A stretch of DNA of 10,781 nucleotides from a bacterium (GTDB lineage Bacteria; Zhuqueibacterota; Zhuqueibacteria; Oceanimicrobiales; Oceanimicrobiaceae), in NCBI GenBank assembly GCA_046757165.1, contig JBHHXT010000172.1, forward strand, positions 1 to 10,781, in the 5' to 3' direction. How positions within the stretch are numbered: position 1 is the stretch's first letter; each line of letters begins with the position of its first letter. Positions 6,572-10,781 of the stretch are shown here, one piece after another. The position numbers and the translations under genes are program-made. Below the pieces are notes generated by a model. That model was not told the origin of the DNA. It worked only from the letters and a program-made list of their open reading frames with translations, and did not search any database.

Positions 6572-7501
6572 ATGCCGGGCTCAATCGCGATCCGCAATTT
6601 CAGCAAGCGCTTTGGCGACACGCTTGCCGTTGATGACATTTCGCTGACCATCGAATCGGGCGAGCTGTTCGGCTTGATCGGGCCGGACGGCGCCGGTAAG
6701 ACCACCACGATGCGCACGCTGTGCACGCTTCTCGACTGCCAGCGTGGTGAAATCTTTGTCGATGGCCTGGATGTCCGCACCGACATCGCGGCCATCCGGG
6801 CTTTGCTGGGTTACATGCCGCAGCGATTTTCCCTCTACCCGGACTTGACCGTTGCACAAAATTTGAGTTTTTTCGCCGAACTCTTCGGCGTCCCGCACGA
6901 GGCGCAGCAACACCGGCTGGTGCAACTCTACGCCTTCAGCAAGCTGGCGCCGTTCAAAGACCGTCTGGCGAGCGCGCTCTCCGGCGGCATGAAGCAGAAG
7001 CTGGCGCTCTCCTGCATCCTGATTCACACGCCAGGAATCCTGGTGCTCGACGAGCCGACCACCGGCGTCGACCCGGTGTCACGCCGGGAGTTCTGGCACA
7101 TTTTGCGACAGTTGCGCCAGCAGCAGGTGACCATCCTGGTCTCCACGCCGTACATGGATGAGGCTGGCCTGTGCGACAGGGTGGCATTCATGTACGACGG
7201 CCGCATTCTGGCGCGCGGCAAGCCCGACGAGCTGCCCGCACATTTTCCGCACACGCTCTATGAAGTCACTGGAGAACAAATCCGGCCCTTGACGGCCTTC
7301 TTTCGTGAGCAAACGCACGCGCTCTCGGTACAAACGTTTGGCGACCGCCTGCACGTGAGTTTCGAGGCCGGACAATCGCAGGACCAACTTGCGCGGCTCA
7401 AACAACAAGCCCCGGCGCCCATCGCGTCGATGAAGACCATTCAGCCGAGTATCGAGGATACATTTCTCGATCTGATGAAATCAGAGGGACGAGTCATTTG
7501 A
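6572..7501 (+). CDS. ABC transporter ATP-binding protein (like the N-terminal NBD of YbhF)
   Basis: 309 aa. SD GGAGG, Walker A GPDGAGKTT, Q-loop YMPQ, signature LSGGMKQK, Walker B LVLDEPT; switch His replaced (STPYMDEA). Confidence 0.94.
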   Translation: MPGSIAIRNFSKRFGDTLAVDDISLTIESGELFGLIGPDGAGKTTTMRTLCTLLDCQRGEIFVDGLDVRTDIAAIRALLGYMPQRFSLYPDLTVAQNLSFFAELFGVPHEAQQHRLVQLYAFSKLAPFKDRLASALSGGMKQKLALSCILIHTPGILVLDEPTTGVDPVSRREFWHILRQLRQQQVTILVSTPYMDEAGLCDRVAFMYDGRILARGKPDELPAHFPHTLYEVTGEQIRPLTAFFREQTHALSVQTFGDRLHVSFEAGQSQDQLARLKQQAPAPIASMKTIQPSIEDTFLDLMKSEGRVI

Positions 7502-8241
7502 ACGGTGACGCGGTTCACACAGAGAATCTCTGCAAACGGTTTGGCACATTTGAAGTCGTAAGGAACTTGAACCTGGCGGTTGCGCCGGGTGAGATCTTCG
7601 GGTTTCTGGGGGCGAATGGCGCCGGCAAGACAACCGCCATTCGGATGCTGTGCGGCCTGCTCCTGCCGTCAAAAGGCGCCGGTACCGTCGCCGGCTTCGA
7701 CATCTGGACAGAAACCGAAAAAATCAAGCTCAATATCGGCTACATGAGCCAGAGGTTTTCGTTGTATAACGACCTGACCCTGGCACAGAACATCGAGTTC
7801 TACGCCGGCATCTATGGACTCGACCGCGCTGCCCTGAATGAAAAACGCGTGCACCTGCTTGCGAGCCTGGGCTTGACCGCGCTGGCAAACCGGCTGACGC
7901 GCGACATGCCGCTGGGCTACAAGCAGAGGCTGGCCCTGGGGTGCGCCCTGCTTCATGACCCGAAAATCATCTTTCTCGATGAGCCCACGGCCGGCGTCGA
8001 TCCGGAGGCGCGCCGGAATTTCTGGGAGTTGATCTACCAGCTGGCGGAGGACGGCAAAACCGTGTTTGTGACCACACACTACATGGACGAAGCAGAATAC
8101 TGCAGCCGGGTTTCCATCATGTACCAGGGCGAGCTCATCGCCGTGGATACCCCGACCGCTTTGAAGAAGCAATTCAAGCAGGGCACCATGGAAGACGTAT
8201 TTATTCATCTGGTTGACAAAGATACAAGCAAACCATCTTGA
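7498..8241 (+). CDS. ABC transporter ATP-binding protein (like the C-terminal NBD of YbhF)
   Basis: 247 aa. TTG start overlaps the upstream TGA (TTGA). Walker A GANGAGKTT, YMSQRFSLY, degenerate signature MPLGYKQR, IFLDEPT, TTHYMDEAE. Confidence 0.94.
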   Translation: MNGDAVHTENLCKRFGTFEVVRNLNLAVAPGEIFGFLGANGAGKTTAIRMLCGLLLPSKGAGTVAGFDIWTETEKIKLNIGYMSQRFSLYNDLTLAQNIEFYAGIYGLDRAALNEKRVHLLASLGLTALANRLTRDMPLGYKQRLALGCALLHDPKIIFLDEPTAGVDPEARRNFWELIYQLAEDGKTVFVTTHYMDEAEYCSRVSIMYQGELIAVDTPTALKKQFKQGTMEDVFIHLVDKDTSKPS

Positions 8242-9344
8242 AACTCATGCTCACAGAAGGTTGCATTCTCACAATTATCAAGAAGGAATTCATTCATATC
8301 TCGCGCGATTTTCGCACGCTGGTCATCGTTATCGTCATGCCGGTCATGATGCTGTTTTTATATGGCTTCGCGATCAACATGGAGATTCAAAACGTCGATC
8401 TACTCGTCCTGGACCACAGCAGGACCCCGGCCAGCCGGGCCCTCATCCGCAACTTTGAAGGCAGCCAATTCTTCACCGTTCGTCACTTCGACGGCGGTGA
8501 ATCGCAGATTGAGTCGTTCTTTGCCCGCCGGCAAGCCGACATGGCTTTGATTATTCCACCTGACTTCTCGAAGAGCCTGCAGCGCCAACCGAGAACCAGC
8601 GTGCAGGTACTGATCGACGCCAGCGACCCGAACGCCGCCCAGGCGATTCAGAATTACACCAACTCCGTCTTCCAGGGCTTCAATGCAACGCGGCCCGTGG
8701 TCAGGCTCGAACCGACCATCTGGTACAATCCCTCCCTGACCAGCGCCTACTTCTTTGTTCCGGGCCTGGCCGCGCTGATCCTGATCATGATCTCGGCGCT
8801 GCTGACCAGTGTGGCCATCGTGCGGGAGAAGGAGACGGGCACCATGGAGCAAATTCTCGTCTCCCCGATTCGCCCCTCTGAGATTATCGTCGGCAAAGTC
8901 GTACCGTACATTTGTCTCGCTCTCGGCGATCTCCTGACCATCTTGAGTATTGCGCATTTTGTCTTCAACGTGCCGTTTGTCGGGAGCTTCAGCTTGCTGA
9001 TATTCGCCAGTCTGGTGTTCATCTTCGTCGCGCTCAGTCTCGGCTTGTTCATCTCGACTAAAGCCCAGACGCAGCAAGTGGCGATGATGATGGCGCTGGT
9101 GGCCACGCTGTTGCCCACGGTCATGTTGTCCGGCTTCATCTTCCCGCTTTCCAGCCTGCCAAAAGTCTTGCAATGGCTCTCGCACGTCGTGCCGGCGCGC
9201 TACTATCTGGTAGTGATTCGCGGCATCATGTTGAAGGGCAATACGCTGTCGCAGATCCTGCCTGAGCTCGGGACGCTGGCGTTGATGGCAGCAGGCTTGC
9301 TGATCGTCAGTGCCCGGAAATTCAAAACCAATCTCGAGGCATGA
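8238..9344 (+). CDS. ABC-2 type permease, YbhS-like
   Basis: 368 aa (alternative start ATG 8247). IIKKEFIHISRD, one N-terminal TM, a periplasmic domain with IDASDPN, WYNP, REKETGTMEQILVSP, and several C-terminal TMs with LSGFIFP. Confidence 0.93.
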   Translation: MKLMLTEGCILTIIKKEFIHISRDFRTLVIVIVMPVMMLFLYGFAINMEIQNVDLLVLDHSRTPASRALIRNFEGSQFFTVRHFDGGESQIESFFARRQADMALIIPPDFSKSLQRQPRTSVQVLIDASDPNAAQAIQNYTNSVFQGFNATRPVVRLEPTIWYNPSLTSAYFFVPGLAALILIMISALLTSVAIVREKETGTMEQILVSPIRPSEIIVGKVVPYICLALGDLLTILSIAHFVFNVPFVGSFSLLIFASLVFIFVALSLGLFISTKAQTQQVAMMMALVATLLPTVMLSGFIFPLSSLPKVLQWLSHVVPARYYLVVIRGIMLKGNTLSQILPELGTLALMAAGLLIVSARKFKTNLEA

Positions 9345-9348
9345 GAAG

Positions 9349-10497
9349 ATGCAGCAGATTTTCTATCTGATTCAAAAAGAATTCCGCCAGATATTTCGGG
9401 ATCCTGCCATGGTTTTCATCATGTTCTTCGCGCCACTCGTGCAAATGGTCGTCCTCGGATTCGCGATCACCGTGGACGTCAAGAACGTCAGAACCATCAT
9501 CGCAGATTACGACAACAGTGCGGTAAGCCGGGAGATTGCGCGCACATTCGAAAACAATCCATATTTTTCAGTCGTTGGCTATACAAAAGGCACCACGGCC
9601 ATCCGCAAAGAGATCGACGACTGGCGGGCGCAAGTGGCGCTGGTGATTCCACACCACTTCGGCCGCAAGCTGGAGCGCGGCCTGAGACCCGGGATCCAGC
9701 TCATCGTCGATGGCGTTGATGGCAACACGGCTGGCATCGCGCTCGGATATGCACAGGGCATCCTGAACGAGCTCGCCAGGACCTCCCCATACAACTATGG
9801 ATTGCAGCGTGGCTTCGCCCATCCGAACGCCGGATCGCTTATGCCACGCGTTTCTGTTGTCGAGCCCCGAACACGCATGTGGTACAATCTCGATCTTGAA
9901 AGCAAGAATTACATGGTCCCGGGCCTCATCGCTGTGCTGCTGACCATGCTCAGCATGTTTCTCTCTTCCATGGGGCTGGTGCGCGAAAAAGAAATGGGCA
10001 CCCTGGAGCAGCTTATGGTCACGCCCATAAAAACCTGGCAGCTCATCCTGGGCAAAGTCCTGCCCTTTCTCATTCTCGCATTCTGCGAGCTCGGCCTCAT
10101 GCTGACCATCGCGTTTGCTGTCTTCCAGCTCAAAGTGGCCGGCAGTCTGCTTCTGCTCTTCAGCCTGGCCGCGCTTTATCTGCTCTCGACGCTCGGGCTG
10201 GGGATTTTCATCTCCACGCTGGCACAGACTCAGCAGCAGGCCATGTTTATCTCCTGGTTTTTCATGATCTTTCTCATCTTCATGTCTGGCTTTCTTTTCC
10301 CCATAGCGAATATGCCGCCTCTGGTGCAGTCCCTGACCTATCTCGACCCCATGCGATATTTTGTCATCATATTGCGCGAGATCTTTTTGAAGGGCAGCTC
10401 TGCCAGGTTTCTGGCCCACGAGATTCTGAGCCTGGCCGCCTTCGGCGCGGTCATCCTCGGGATGAGCTCGCTAAGATTTCAAAAGCGGGTGAGCTGA
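9349..10497 (+). CDS. ABC-2 type permease, YbhR-like
   Basis: Start refined to ATG 9349 (GAGG 9336-9339; MQQIFYLIQKEFRQIFRD parallels the first permease), 382 aa. VDGVDGN, WYNLDL, REKEMGTLEQLMVTP, MSGFLFPI. Confidence 0.93.
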   Translation: MQQIFYLIQKEFRQIFRDPAMVFIMFFAPLVQMVVLGFAITVDVKNVRTIIADYDNSAVSREIARTFENNPYFSVVGYTKGTTAIRKEIDDWRAQVALVIPHHFGRKLERGLRPGIQLIVDGVDGNTAGIALGYAQGILNELARTSPYNYGLQRGFAHPNAGSLMPRVSVVEPRTRMWYNLDLESKNYMVPGLIAVLLTMLSMFLSSMGLVREKEMGTLEQLMVTPIKTWQLILGKVLPFLILAFCELGLMLTIAFAVFQLKVAGSLLLLFSLAALYLLSTLGLGIFISTLAQTQQQAMFISWFFMIFLIFMSGFLFPIANMPPLVQSLTYLDPMRYFVIILREIFLKGSSARFLAHEILSLAAFGAVILGMSSLRFQKRVS

Positions 10498-10498
10498 A

Positions 10499-10568
10499 TT
10501 GGCTGTTGGCTCTTGGCTGCTGGCTCTTGACCAAGAAATGAGTTTATTAGCCAAAAGCCAACAGCCAA
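10499..10568. repeat. Heptamer tandem repeats arranged as an inverted array
   Basis: TTGGCTG TTGGCTC TTGGCTG CTGGCTC TTGACCA (10499-10533), then reverse-complement units TAGCCAA AAGCCAA CAGCCAA (10548-10568). Confidence 0.85.
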
Positions 10569-10595
10569 AGATGTGAACACAATTGACATCGCTAA

Positions 10596-10729
10596 CTGAT
10601 AGGAGATCTCCGCAACGGTGCCAGACTGTTGCTCGAGCAACTCGGCGGCGCGTTGCAGCCGCATGGCGCGCAAAAGCTGGCCGGGGGGTGGTTGATGAGC
10701 GCTCGTAATTTACGATGCACCTGAGGGCG
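10596..10729 (-). pseudogene. AraC-type HTH remnant, frameshifted and truncated
   Basis: The minus strand reads RPQVHRKLRALINHP, then shifts frame in the G6 run (10683-10688) to PGQLLRAMRLQRAAELLEQQSGTVAEISYQ, typical of the AraC domain of hybrid two-component regulators. The expected GF...YF...F second helix is absent. Confidence 0.72.
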
Positions 10730-10781
10730 TTGGGCATAACCTCGAGAAAACCTCGGCGGGCAACGACCCACGATTAAGCGA

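Noticed and set aside
9310..9348. GTG start for the second permease given by the ORF track
   Set aside because: It overlaps the previous gene by 35 nt. ATG 9349 matches the family N-terminus and has a GAGG upstream.
10499..10568. CRISPR array or coding repeat
   Set aside because: Units are 7 bp with no spacers and there are no cas genes; the ORFs crossing it have no support beyond the AraC fragment.
1..10781. Apparent absence of GATATC sites (restriction-site avoidance)
   Set aside because: I found none by eye, but only about two are expected by chance in this length, so absence is not significant, and a manual scan can miss sites. It needs a genome-wide count.

Overview
The window has two divergent blocks. 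Left (1-933, minus strand, AT-richer): an EcoRV-like type II restriction endonuclease, followed through a TAATG overlap by the 5' end of an M.EcoRV/Dam-family adenine methyltransferase that runs off the window edge and is missing from the ORF track. Right (1098-10497, plus strand, GC-richer): a sigma70-type promoter with a palindromic operator precedes a TetR regulator, TolC, a YbhG-like adaptor, two ABC ATPases and two YbhS/YbhR-like ABC-2 permeases. An exported penicillin/cephalosporin/AHL-acylase family Ntn-hydrolase sits between the adaptor and the ATPases, flanked by structured intergenic DNA. The TetR HTH has no ATG/GTG/TTG start and appears to begin at ATC. After the operon come a heptamer-repeat inverted array and a frameshifted AraC HTH remnant. 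The best candidate for something undescribed is the acylase-in-efflux-operon module; its function and novelty are inference only and no database was searched.
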